DNA of 30,391 nucleotides from a virus (taxonomy: Duplodnaviria; Caudoviricetes): positions 1-30,391 of the IMG/VR virus record IMGVR_UViG_3300043444_000408; one strand, given 5' to 3'. The notes beneath the pieces were generated by a model that was given only the letters and a program-made list of their open reading frames with translations, did no database searches and was not told where the DNA came from. Made by a program: the position numbers and the translations under genes. Positions 1-8,817 of the stretch are shown piece after piece; within the stretch, counting starts at the first letter, position 1, and every line of letters begins with the position of its first letter.

Positions 1-1
1 T

Positions 2-1192
2 GCGACCGACTACCAAGGGCGCGTGTGTACGCTGTACCGTGAGTTTGAAAAGACGGTGGCAGAGGTGGTCAAAGAGTTTGGGTACGACAAGTGTTCAACG
101 ACCGTTAAAAACATGTACGACCGCGGGTCACTTGACCAGTGGATTCGATTGATCCACGCCATCGAACCGCGCACTGATCGAGACATTCGCAAAAAAGACA
201 ACCTCAACATGGCATGGGGCAGCTACTACTTCGAGGTAGGCGGCAACCCTGATGTGTATCTGAGCGAGTCTGGCTTCAAAGAGTTTCCCGCTGTGTGTCC
301 ACGCTGGGCGACCATTGGTGGCGACATCTATGGCAGCAGCCCGGGCATGGAAGCACTGGGCGACATCAAGCAGCTCCAGCATGAGCAGCTACGCAAGGCG
401 CAAGGTATCGACTACCAAACCAAGCCGCCGCTGCAAGTGCCAAGCTCGATGAAGAACCGCGATGTCGAAACGCTTCCGGGCGGCATCAGTTATGTCGACG
501 CAGCCAGCCCGCAAGCTGGTATTCGCACGGCATTTGATGTCAACCTGCGTTTGGACTTCTTGCTTGCTGACATTCAGGATGTGCGCGAGCGTATCCGCGG
601 CGCCTTCTATGCTGACCTGTTCTTGATGCTGGCAAACGCCACCGACACACGCATGACCGCAACCGAAGTGGCAGAGCGCCACGAAGAGAAGCTGCTCATG
701 TTGGGTCCGGTGCTCGAGCGCCTGCACAACGAGCTGCTTGATCCACTGATCGAGGTCACCTTCAGCCGCATGCTTGAGGCTGGCATCTTGCCACCGCCTC
801 CGCCAGAGCTGCAAGGCATGGACCTCAATGTTGAATTCGTGTCGATGCTGGCACAGGCACAGCGTGCTGTTGGCACCAACTCTGTTGACCGTTATGTCAA
901 CAGCTTGGGCGCCGTGGCTGGCTTCAAGCCTGATGTGCTCGACAAGTTTGACGCAGACCAATGGGCTGACGCATACGGCGATATGCTGGGCGTCGATCCG
1001 AACATCATCGTCGCCAATGAGCAAGTGGCATTGATTCGTACTGAACGAGCCAAAGCCATCGCAGCACAGCAGCAAATGGCAGCGATGCAGCAGAATGCCC
1101 AGACCGTCAAGGATCTGTCGCAAGCCCAGACCACTGAACCGAGCGCGTTGACCAATGTGATCGACATGTTCAGCGGATACAACACACCCTGA
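2..1192 (+). CDS. Portal (head-to-tail connector) protein, 5' truncated by the window
   Basis: Frame is open from base 2 (ATDYQGRVCTLYR...). Motifs YGSSPGMEALGDIKQLQ and MTATEVAERHEEKLLMLGPVLERL are typical of podovirus head-to-tail connectors. First gene of the head module. Confidence 0.93.
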   Translation, partial: ATDYQGRVCTLYREFEKTVAEVVKEFGYDKCSTTVKNMYDRGSLDQWIRLIHAIEPRTDRDIRKKDNLNMAWGSYYFEVGGNPDVYLSESGFKEFPAVCPRWATIGGDIYGSSPGMEALGDIKQLQHEQLRKAQGIDYQTKPPLQVPSSMKNRDVETLPGGISYVDAASPQAGIRTAFDVNLRLDFLLADIQDVRERIRGAFYADLFLMLANATDTRMTATEVAERHEEKLLMLGPVLERLHNELLDPLIEVTFSRMLEAGILPPPPPELQGMDLNVEFVSMLAQAQRAVGTNSVDRYVNSLGAVAGFKPDVLDKFDADQWADAYGDMLGVDPNIIVANEQVALIRTERAKAIAAQQQMAAMQQNAQTVKDLSQAQTTEPSALTNVIDMFSGYNTP

Positions 1193-1204
1193 AAGGACTG
1201 AACG

Positions 1205-1534
1205 ATGGCAATGATCAACATGAAACGCGCACCTGAGAAAGAAGAAATGCCGGGTGAAATTGAGATGGACGAGCCTCAGTACCCATACGGTCTGTGCCTG
1301 CATCTCAGCAAAGAAGAGATGGACAAGCTGGGCATCACTGCCCTGCCTGCCGTCGGCACCGAGATGACCATCACTGCCAAGGTTTTTGTGAAGGGGACCA
1401 GCGCCTACGAGACTCAAGGCGGCAAGGACATGAGCATGGACCTTCAGATCACCGACATGGAGATTGGCGCGTCTGACAAAGCCATGACCCCGCAAAAGTC
1501 TGCCACCATGCTGTACGGCGGCACTGAAGACTGA
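1205..1534 (+). CDS. Capsid staple/minor capsid protein (epsilon15 gp10-like)
   Basis: 109 aa with YPYGLCLHL...LGI..LP.VG.EM.I.A.V.V and terminal LQITDM pattern recalled for this family. GAAAGGA RBS upstream; adjacent to the portal. Confidence 0.65.
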   Translation: MAMINMKRAPEKEEMPGEIEMDEPQYPYGLCLHLSKEEMDKLGITALPAVGTEMTITAKVFVKGTSAYETQGGKDMSMDLQITDMEIGASDKAMTPQKSATMLYGGTED

Positions 1535-2274
1535 TGACTTGGACGCAGAAATACGAGGGCGCCCCGTGGGTCTACGACGACGACACGGGCGACATCATTG
1601 GGGTGCGCGATCCTGACGGGTCGACGCACTTCTTCGTATTGGGCAACGGTGGCAAGGCTGCCAACTCGATCAGGTTTGACACAAATCCAGATGTGTCTCT
1701 GCCGCTCAACATCGGCGAGATGCGCTGGAATACTGTCGACCAAACTGTGGATCTTGAATTGCCCAACGGCGTCACGCTTCAGATCGGGCAGGAACTGAAC
1801 AAGCTATTTCGCAACAGCACGAATGACCCTATCCTCAACGGATCTGTGGTCTATGTGACCGGGTCGACCGGTGTATTTCCGACGATTGCGTTGGCGCAGG
1901 CAAACTCTGAGATGGCATCATCCATCATCATTGGCGTGACCACCCAGAACATTGGCAAGAACATTCAGGGATTCGTAACTACTTACGGGCTGGTGCGCGA
2001 CCTTGACACATCCAGCCTTGACGAGGGCAAAGCCGTTTGGCTGTCCCCGACTGTGGCTGGTGGCATGACCACGACCAAGCCGTCGGCGCCCAATCACCTT
2101 GTGCTGGTAGGCTACTGCATTCGCAGCCACCCGAACCTTGGGTCAATTTATGTCAAGCCGCAAAATGGCTACGAGCTGGAAGAGCTGCACAATGTCAAGA
2201 TTACAAACCCGCAGGACGGGCAGGTTTTGAAGTACAGCGCATCTCTCGGTTTATGGATCAACTCAAATCCATAA
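1534..2274 (+). CDS. Putative head fibre/decoration protein
   Basis: 246 aa, TGATG-coupled to the previous gene. Beta-rich (VVYVTG, GFVTTYGLV, VWLSPTVAGG) with a C-terminal LEELHNVKITNP.DGQVLKY...W fibre-type motif. Confidence 0.5.
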   Translation: MTWTQKYEGAPWVYDDDTGDIIGVRDPDGSTHFFVLGNGGKAANSIRFDTNPDVSLPLNIGEMRWNTVDQTVDLELPNGVTLQIGQELNKLFRNSTNDPILNGSVVYVTGSTGVFPTIALAQANSEMASSIIIGVTTQNIGKNIQGFVTTYGLVRDLDTSSLDEGKAVWLSPTVAGGMTTTKPSAPNHLVLVGYCIRSHPNLGSIYVKPQNGYELEELHNVKITNPQDGQVLKYSASLGLWINSNP

Positions 2275-2276
2275 CC

Positions 2277-2309
2277 GGTACCCGTAACCTGTTGACGGAG
2301 GAATAGATT
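2277..2309 (+). promoter_or_regulatory. Putative late promoter 1: GGTACCCGTA-N17-TAGATT
   Basis: 10-mer at 2277-2286 is identical to copies at 8075 and 19722. TAnnnT hexamer at 2304-2309 follows after exactly 17 nt. Confidence 0.7.
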
Positions 2310-2315
2310 AAGACC

Positions 2316-2666
2316 ATGAGCAACTACGACCCACTTGATTTGCGAGGACAAGAGCGCACAAAAGCCGAAAAGGAAGTGCGCGAAAAAATTGAACTCGAAA
2401 ATGAAGAGGCTGATATCAAGTGGCTCATGAGCAGCAAGAGGGGGCGCCGGACACTTTGGCGTCTTCTGGACCAGAGCGGAGTATTCCGCCTGTCGTTCAA
2501 CACGAACTCGATGACGATGGCGTTCAACGAGGGAATGAGGAACTACGGGAATCGTACACTTGCACTGATTCACGCTCACTGCTCTGAGCTTTATCCGGTA
2601 ATGCTAAAGGAGGCAACTCAAAATGTCAGAAATGCAGACGATGGACCAAGCCGCAACGACCACTGA
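2316..2666 (+). CDS. Conserved head-module protein (Bbp19-like)
   Basis: 116 aa with DIKWLMSSKRGRR.LWRLL..SGVFR.SF...MAFNEG.RN.G. Lies between portal and scaffold as in BPP-1-like phages. Confidence 0.75.
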   Translation: MSNYDPLDLRGQERTKAEKEVREKIELENEEADIKWLMSSKRGRRTLWRLLDQSGVFRLSFNTNSMTMAFNEGMRNYGNRTLALIHAHCSELYPVMLKEATQNVRNADDGPSRNDH

Positions 2667-3297
2667 AGGCACGGGCGCGTCGCAAGGTGATGCAAGCCAG
2701 CAAGCTAACGCGAGCCAGCAAGCATCCCAAACGCAGCAAGCGACCGACGGACAGACCAACCAAGCCAACGCGAATACCGATGGCAAAGCTGGTCAGGACC
2801 AAGGCAAGCCAGCCGACACCAGATATGGTGCACCGGAGGCTTATGACTTCAAAGCACCCGAGGGGCAACAGTTTGACACTGATGTCATCTCGATGTTCGG
2901 AGATGTCGCCAAGGAAATGAACCTGTCTCAGGAAGCCGCGCAAAAGATGCTCGACAAGATGGCACCTGTCGTACAACAACGACAAATGCAACAGCTTGAA
3001 GAGATCCGAACTACTTGGGCTAACGAAGCCTCGGCGGACAAGGAATACGGGGGCGAGAAGCTCTCAGAAAACCTTGCGGTTGCCAAGCAAGCTCTCGACA
3101 GTTTCGGTACACCTGAATTGCGCTCGCTGCTTAACGAGTCTGGTCTGGGCAATCATCCCGAAGTGATTCGGTTTATGTTCAGGGCAGGCAAGGCAATCAG
3201 TGCGGATCGCTTCGTCAGCGGCGCTCGGCAAGGCGGAGGCGCCAAGCCACAAAGCAATGCAGACTACGCATCTTCACTCTATCCATCTCAGCAATGA
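2623..3297 (+). CDS. Capsid scaffolding/assembly protein
   Basis: 224 aa with a disordered Q/A/T-rich N-terminus, APEAYDF and L..LLNESGLGNHPEVIRFMFRAGKAISAD. AGGAGG RBS; directly upstream of the major capsid gene. Confidence 0.75.
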   Translation: MSEMQTMDQAATTTEGTGASQGDASQQANASQQASQTQQATDGQTNQANANTDGKAGQDQGKPADTRYGAPEAYDFKAPEGQQFDTDVISMFGDVAKEMNLSQEAAQKMLDKMAPVVQQRQMQQLEEIRTTWANEASADKEYGGEKLSENLAVAKQALDSFGTPELRSLLNESGLGNHPEVIRFMFRAGKAISADRFVSGARQGGGAKPQSNADYASSLYPSQQ

Positions 3298-3311
3298 AAG
3301 GAAATTAAAAA

Positions 3312-4331
3312 ATGGCTACTTTGTCCAACACCGCACTAACCCTCGCCGATTGGGCGAAACGCGTTGACCCTGAAGGTCGCGTACCCGTCGTTGCAGAACT
3401 GCTTTCGCAGAGCAACGAAATCCTCGAAGACTGCGTATTCAAGGAAGGCAACCTGCCGACCGGCGAGCGCGTCGTTATTCGTACTGGTCTGCCCACTGTC
3501 TACTGGCGTGCGCTGAACCAAGGTATCCCGAACAGCAAATCGACCACTGCTCAAGTGGACGAGGCTTGCGGCATCTTGGAAGCTCGCTCTGAAGTCGACA
3601 AAGACTTGGCTATGTTGAACGGCAACACCGCTCAATTCCGCCTGTCTGAAGACCAAGCCTTCTTGGAAGCCATGAACCAGACTCAAGCAACGACTCTGTT
3701 CTACGGCAACCCCGGTACTGATCCGAAGCAATTCTTGGGTCTTGCTCCTCGTTACTCCAGCCTCTCTGCTGCCAACGCCCAGAACATTCTGAGCGCCGGT
3801 GGTTCTGGCTCGGACAACACCTCTGTGTTCTTGGTTGTTTGGGGTGACAACACTGTGTACTGCCCGTTCCCGAAAGGTTCTAAGGCTGGTCTGATCCACG
3901 AAGATCTAGGTGAGCAGACTGTGTACAACAGCGACGGTACTCGCTTGCAAGCTCTTGCAACTCGCTACCAGTGGAAGAACGGTCTTGTTGTGAAAGATTG
4001 GCGTTATGTTGTTCGCATCTGCAACATCGATGTGAGCGACCTGATCGGTCAAACTGGCACTCAAGCTGCATCTGCTTCTACTGCGCTCATCAAGCTGATG
4101 GCTCGCGCTCTGTATCGTATTCCGAACATGAGCATGGGTCGCGCTGCTTTCTACATGAACCGTACTGTTCACTCTGGTCTTGCACTCGCTGCTATGGACA
4201 AGAGCCAGTATGTTCTGAAGATCGAGCAAGGTCTGACTCAGTTTGGTCAACCTAATAGCTGGTTGTCTTTCTTGGGCGTTCCTCTCCGTCGTGTTGATGC
4301 ATTGCTCAACACCGAAGCAGTAGTGTCTTAA
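3312..4331 (+). CDS. Major capsid protein (HK97 fold, epsilon15 gp7/BPP-1 Bbp17-like)
   Basis: 339 aa with TLADWAKR.DP, ELLSQSNEILED, RTGLP.VYWR.LNQG, DWRYVVRI.NID and FLGVPLRRVDALLNTEA. Strongly biased codons and a strong RBS. Confidence 0.93.
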   Translation: MATLSNTALTLADWAKRVDPEGRVPVVAELLSQSNEILEDCVFKEGNLPTGERVVIRTGLPTVYWRALNQGIPNSKSTTAQVDEACGILEARSEVDKDLAMLNGNTAQFRLSEDQAFLEAMNQTQATTLFYGNPGTDPKQFLGLAPRYSSLSAANAQNILSAGGSGSDNTSVFLVVWGDNTVYCPFPKGSKAGLIHEDLGEQTVYNSDGTRLQALATRYQWKNGLVVKDWRYVVRICNIDVSDLIGQTGTQAASASTALIKLMARALYRIPNMSMGRAAFYMNRTVHSGLALAAMDKSQYVLKIEQGLTQFGQPNSWLSFLGVPLRRVDALLNTEAVVS

Positions 4332-4358
4332 TCAACCGAACTTTGAAAGGAAACGAAC

Positions 4359-4793
4359 ATGATTACCGATAAACTCCTACGCGTGTCCACTGATCAAGCA
4401 GTTACTACGACTGCTGTATCGACCGACACTGTCGACTTGTCTGTTGCCCGTGACATGGGTGAAGGCGGCGAATTGATCATGAACTTTGCTGTGACTGAAG
4501 CCTTTGCTGGCGGCACGAGCACCAAGTTTGAAGTCATCATCGCTGACAACGCTGCTCTTTCGAGCAATGTGCAAGTCATCGGAAGCTCTGACGCTATCGT
4601 CACTGCAAGCCTGCCTCTCGGCACCAATGTTGCGGTTCGCTTGAACCCGATCATTGGCTCGAAGGGTAAGCAGTACCTTGGCGCCCGTTACACTGTGTCT
4701 GGCACGAACTCGGCTGGTAAAGTTACCGCTGACATCGTGATGGATGTACAGGACGGCAAGAAGTTTTACGCTTCTGGCTTCGCTGTTGTTTAA
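4359..4793 (+). CDS. Capsid cement protein (Bbp16-like)
   Basis: 144 aa beta-rich protein (MITDKLL..S.DQAVT..AVSTD.VDL...YLGARYTV.G...AGKVTA) directly after the major capsid gene. Confidence 0.8.
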   Translation: MITDKLLRVSTDQAVTTTAVSTDTVDLSVARDMGEGGELIMNFAVTEAFAGGTSTKFEVIIADNAALSSNVQVIGSSDAIVTASLPLGTNVAVRLNPIIGSKGKQYLGARYTVSGTNSAGKVTADIVMDVQDGKKFYASGFAVV

Positions 4794-4811
4794 TTTTGAA
4801 AGGATTACATC

Positions 4812-4997
4812 ATGGCTAAAAAGTATCGCGTTCTAGTGCGCTCTTTCATCAACAATAGCATCCGTGAGGAAGGCGACATTGTTGAGTTTGACGGTAAGCC
4901 CGGGAGCAATCTCGAGTTTGTTGGCGACGACAAACCTGCAAAGGGCAAAGGCAAAGCCGACGCTCCTGCTGGTGAAGAGACTCAAGACGCGAACTGA
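4812..4997 (+). CDS. Small head-module hypothetical protein
   Basis: 61 aa with GAAAGGA RBS and motif KYRV...SFINN.I..EGDIVEFDG.PGSNLE. Last gene before the terminator. Confidence 0.7.
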   Translation: MAKKYRVLVRSFINNSIREEGDIVEFDGKPGSNLEFVGDDKPAKGKGKADAPAGEETQDAN

Positions 4998-5030
4998 GGT
5001 CTTGGTGTAGCTTTTCTTTGAAGCAACGCA

Positions 5031-5063
5031 GGGGGACCGTGGGCAACCGTGGTCCCCTTTTTT
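5031..5063 (+). terminator. Rho-independent terminator after the capsid genes
   Basis: Stem GGGGACCGTGG / CCGTGGTCCCC (two G-U pairs), GCAA tetraloop, then T6. Confidence 0.88.
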
Positions 5064-5077
5064 ACTAGGAGAGACAA

Positions 5078-5758
5078 ATGGCATCGGAAGTCGATATCGC
5101 AAACTTGGCACTGGCACACCTCGGCGATAACGCCACGATTGCCAGCCTGTATCCACCGGAAGGGTCGGCACAAGCTGAACACTGTGCACGCTTCTACCCC
5201 ATCGCTCGAGACACGCTGCTCGAGATGCACACATGGGACTTTGCAACCAAGCGCGTGAACCTTGCGCTGCTGGACATCAGCATGCCCGAGTGGGACTATG
5301 TTTACGCAAGACCCAACGACGCAGTACAGATCATCAGCATCCTGCCGTCCGACGCAAACGACGACTACAGCACACGCTACGCGCCGTCTGACACGCTAGG
5401 CTACACGGCAAACAATGTTCCCATCGGATACGCTGGCATGTATGTGCCGCAGCCATTCCAGACTGAGATCTACACGGATGGTACGCAACTGGTTCTTACT
5501 GATCAAGAAAGCGCCGTGTGCCGCTACATTGCATCGGTCACTGACACAACCAAATTCTCCGCGCTGTTCACCACCACGCTGTCATGGCATCTGGCATCAA
5601 TGATTGCCGGTCCTGTGATCAAGGGTGATGTTGGAGCCGCTGAAGCAAAACGCTGCGCCAACATGGCTTCTGTGTACCTTGGCGAGGCTCGCAAGTCTGA
5701 CTCGAGTCAGCGTCAGGTCAAGCCAAATCACATCGTCAACTGGGTAGCCGGGAGATAA
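5078..5758 (+). CDS. Tail adaptor / tail tubular protein A-like
   Basis: 226 aa with MASEVDIANLALAHLGD...A..CARFYP.ARD.LLE.H.W.FA and F...LSWHLAS.IAGP. AGGAG RBS; expected synteny. Confidence 0.8.
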   Translation: MASEVDIANLALAHLGDNATIASLYPPEGSAQAEHCARFYPIARDTLLEMHTWDFATKRVNLALLDISMPEWDYVYARPNDAVQIISILPSDANDDYSTRYAPSDTLGYTANNVPIGYAGMYVPQPFQTEIYTDGTQLVLTDQESAVCRYIASVTDTTKFSALFTTTLSWHLASMIAGPVIKGDVGAAEAKRCANMASVYLGEARKSDSSQRQVKPNHIVNWVAGR

Positions 5759-5760
5759 GC

Positions 5761-8073
5761 ATGGCGAACATTCGCACCCTTCAACGATCATTTGCTGGCG
5801 GCGAGATGTCGCCAGAGATGTTCGGTCGTATCGACGACACCAAGTTTCAATCCGGTGCGGCAACTGTCCGCAACTTCATTACCAAGCCTCAAGGTCCAGC
5901 CGAAAACCGCGCTGGCTTTTCTTTTGTAAATGAGGTCAAGGACTCAACGAAGAAGGTGCGCCTGATCCCGTTTACCTACTCGACCACACAGACGATGGTC
6001 ATTGAAATGGGCGCCGGGTACTTTCGATTCCACACACAAGGTGGCACGCTTGAGTCGTCGCCCGGTGTGCCGTATGAGATTGTCAACCCGTATGCCGAAG
6101 CAGATCTATTTGACATTCACCATGTGCAGTCAGCCGATGTGCTGACGCTGGTGCACCCGAGCTATGCTCCGCGTGAGCTGCGCCGTGCTGGCGCTTTGAG
6201 CTGGAACCTGACGACCATCTCGTTTGGATCAACCCTTGCTGTACCGACCGGCGTCACGGCTGTGGCATCTGGTCACACGACAGCCAAATACACCTACAAG
6301 TATGTGGTCACGGCAATTGGCTCTGACCTTGTGAGCGAATCCGCGGCGTCTGCTGTTGCAAGCGCCAGTGGTAACCTGCTCGAGACCGGCGGCATTGTGA
6401 CCATCTCGTGGTCTGCTGTTACTGGCGCGAGCTACTACAACATCTACAAGCTGCAAGGTGGTGTGTATGGGTACATCGGTCAAACAAGTACGCTGTCCGT
6501 CGTCGACGACAACATCTCGCCAGATTTGTCGGTTGCTCCTCCCAACTACGAAACAGTTTTTGCAAGCTCCAACAATTACCCCGGCGCAGTCTCGTACTAC
6601 GAGCAGCGTCGCTGCTTTGCTGGCACCATCAATGATCCGCAAAAGATCTGGATGACGAAGTCTGGTACAGAGTCGAACATGTCGTACTCGCTGCCAATCA
6701 AAGACGACGACCGGATCTCGTTTAAGGTTGCAGCTCGCGAAGCAAACACCATTCGCCATATCGTGCCGCTGACGCAGCTCTTGCTGTTGACCAGCTCTGC
6801 CGAGTGGCGCGTGACATCGGTCAACTCTGACGCGATTACACCGTCGACCATCTCTGTGCGTCCGCAATCCTATGTGGGCGCCAGCAATGTGCAGCCGGTC
6901 ATCATCAACAACACGCTGGTGTATGGCGCTGCCCGCGGCGGTCATGTGCGTGAGTGCGGCTACTCGTGGCAGGCAAATGGTTTCATCACTGGCGACCTAT
7001 CAATCCGTGCTGCTCACCTGTTTGACGGCTTCGAGATCACTGACATGGCGTATTCGAAGGCGCCTATCCCGTTGATCTGGATGGTGTCGAACTCTGGCTT
7101 GCTGCTTGGTCTAACCTATGTGCCAGAGCAGGCAATTGGCGCATGGCATCACCACGATACAGACGGCACATTTGAGTCATGCACAGTCGTTGCTGAAGGC
7201 GACGAAGATGTGCTCTATGTCATCGTCAAGCGCAACATAAACGGCACAATGAAGCGGTATGTCGAGCGCCAGCAAACCCGCAACTTCCAAGAGCAGCGAG
7301 AAGCATTCTTCGTTGACTGTGGTCTGGTCTACGACGGCACCAACACCAGCGCGACGACCATGACCATCTCTGGTGGCACGACATGGGGTCCGGCTGATGC
7401 GCTGACCATTACATCGTCGACCGCCAAGTTTTCATACCCGGGCACAAGCGATGTCAACGACGCCATCGTTTTCCATGACGCCGACGACAACGAGTATCGA
7501 TGCGTGATCAAGTCGGTCAGCTCGACCACTGTGGCAAGCGTGCGCGTGGACAAGGTGCTGCCTGCATCGCTGCGTAACACGGCGACCACGACATGGGCGT
7601 TTGCACGCAACACAGTCTCTGGCTTGACGCACATCGAAGGCAAGGCGGTAAACATCCTTGCAGACGGCGCCGTGCACCCACAGCGTACTGTGAGCAGTGG
7701 CACGATCAGTTTGGACCGTGCTGTGGTCTATGCTGTCGTTGGCTTGCCGATCACCGCTGACCTTGAAACCCTGCCAATTGCAGCTCAGATCGACGGTGGC
7801 TTTGGTCAAGGTCGCTACAAGAATGTCAACAAGGCATGGCTGCGCGTCTACAAGTCGTCCGGCATCTTCGTTGGTCCGAATGCTCAAAACCTCGTTGAGG
7901 CAAAGCAGCGAACCACTGAGCCATACGGCACGCCGCCCGCATTGAAGTCTGAGGAAATTCTGGTCATGACGACGCCCACATGGGCTGACTCTGGTCAGGT
8001 CTTCATTCGTCAAGCGGACCCATTGCCATTGACCATCATCGGCTTGACGCTCGAAGTGGCAATCGGCGGATAA
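5761..8073 (+). CDS. Tail nozzle / tail tubular protein B-like
   Basis: 770 aa beta-rich protein with QRSFAGGEMSP.MFGR.D, YPGAVSYYEQR..FAGT and C-terminal QADPLPLTI.GL. Confidence 0.85.
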   Translation: MANIRTLQRSFAGGEMSPEMFGRIDDTKFQSGAATVRNFITKPQGPAENRAGFSFVNEVKDSTKKVRLIPFTYSTTQTMVIEMGAGYFRFHTQGGTLESSPGVPYEIVNPYAEADLFDIHHVQSADVLTLVHPSYAPRELRRAGALSWNLTTISFGSTLAVPTGVTAVASGHTTAKYTYKYVVTAIGSDLVSESAASAVASASGNLLETGGIVTISWSAVTGASYYNIYKLQGGVYGYIGQTSTLSVVDDNISPDLSVAPPNYETVFASSNNYPGAVSYYEQRRCFAGTINDPQKIWMTKSGTESNMSYSLPIKDDDRISFKVAAREANTIRHIVPLTQLLLLTSSAEWRVTSVNSDAITPSTISVRPQSYVGASNVQPVIINNTLVYGAARGGHVRECGYSWQANGFITGDLSIRAAHLFDGFEITDMAYSKAPIPLIWMVSNSGLLLGLTYVPEQAIGAWHHHDTDGTFESCTVVAEGDEDVLYVIVKRNINGTMKRYVERQQTRNFQEQREAFFVDCGLVYDGTNTSATTMTISGGTTWGPADALTITSSTAKFSYPGTSDVNDAIVFHDADDNEYRCVIKSVSSTTVASVRVDKVLPASLRNTATTTWAFARNTVSGLTHIEGKAVNILADGAVHPQRTVSSGTISLDRAVVYAVVGLPITADLETLPIAAQIDGGFGQGRYKNVNKAWLRVYKSSGIFVGPNAQNLVEAKQRTTEPYGTPPALKSEEILVMTTPTWADSGQVFIRQADPLPLTIIGLTLEVAIGG

Positions 8074-8074
8074 A

Positions 8075-8107
8075 GGTACCCGTATTCATGCGGGTTCCAT
8101 TTATTGT
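8075..8107 (+). promoter_or_regulatory. Putative late promoter 2: GGTACCCGTA-N17-TATTGT
   Basis: 10-mer at 8075-8084 and TATTGT at 8102-8107. Upstream of GGAGG (8122-8126) and ATG 8131. Confidence 0.7.
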
Positions 8108-8130
8108 CAAACTACCGAATCGGAGGCTCT

Positions 8131-8814
8131 ATGAGTGGTGAAAATTCATCAACAGGCGGTCTGAGCACCACGCTACAAAATTGGTTTAGCGCAGACCCAT
8201 CAAGCATGTCGCCTGCGACAGCTCAGAAACTTGGCGCCGTCGGCAACATGATGGCTATCACTGGTGCGATCAACGGCATCATTGGTACCTACTACTCGTC
8301 GAAGACGCAGAAGTATCAATTCGAGTCCATGAAGCTGTCGTATGAGCTTCAAAAGGACATGGCAGAAATCAACGCCCGCATGGCTGAAGGTCAGGCGCAG
8401 GCGATCCTGTTGGCTGGCGAAAACCAAAAAGCTCAGATTGGGCTTCGTGCTGGCAAGATCAAAGCAGGTACCCGGGCGTCTATGGCTGCTCGCGGGATCA
8501 CCCTTGGCGTTGGATCTGCTGCTGAAAATATCGCAACAATCGATCTGGTCAAAGAGATCGACAGCATGACGGTCAACTACAACTCGACGCGAGCCGCGAT
8601 TGCAGCCCGTTCACAAAAGGTCAACTACGAAACATCTGCCGCTATGGCTGGCATCTCTGCAAGCGGTGCTGGTGCATCTGCGTCGCAGGTCAGCCCGTTT
8701 GGAAATGCAGCGATGAGCTTGGTTGGTGGCGCTACCTCGATTGCCCAATCTTGGTACAACAACTACAAGCAGAACCAGATTTACTCTCAGCTTGCTGCTG
8801 CAAAGGGAGGCTAA
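8131..8814 (+). CDS. Internal virion (ejection) protein, small
   Basis: ATG at 8131 follows GGAGG and is preferred over the track start at 8104. Ala/Gly/Ser-rich helical protein with GQ-type QIGLRAG.IK...RASMAARG...G.GSA motif; T7 gp14-like position. Confidence 0.7.
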   Translation: MSGENSSTGGLSTTLQNWFSADPSSMSPATAQKLGAVGNMMAITGAINGIIGTYYSSKTQKYQFESMKLSYELQKDMAEINARMAEGQAQAILLAGENQKAQIGLRAGKIKAGTRASMAARGITLGVGSAAENIATIDLVKEIDSMTVNYNSTRAAIAARSQKVNYETSAAMAGISASGAGASASQVSPFGNAAMSLVGGATSIAQSWYNNYKQNQIYSQLAAAKGG

Positions 8815-8817
8815 CGA

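Noticed and set aside
389-1495. Long antisense ORFs (also 6229-6945, 16032-16937 and 20090-21280)
   Set aside because: They shadow well-supported plus-strand genes, lack recognisable motifs, and are expected from codon bias or repeats.
8467-8476. Fourth copy of the late promoter motif (GGTACCCGGG); also GTACCCGA near 24511
   Set aside because: Both are partial matches inside coding sequence, without TAnnnT at the 17-nt spacing.
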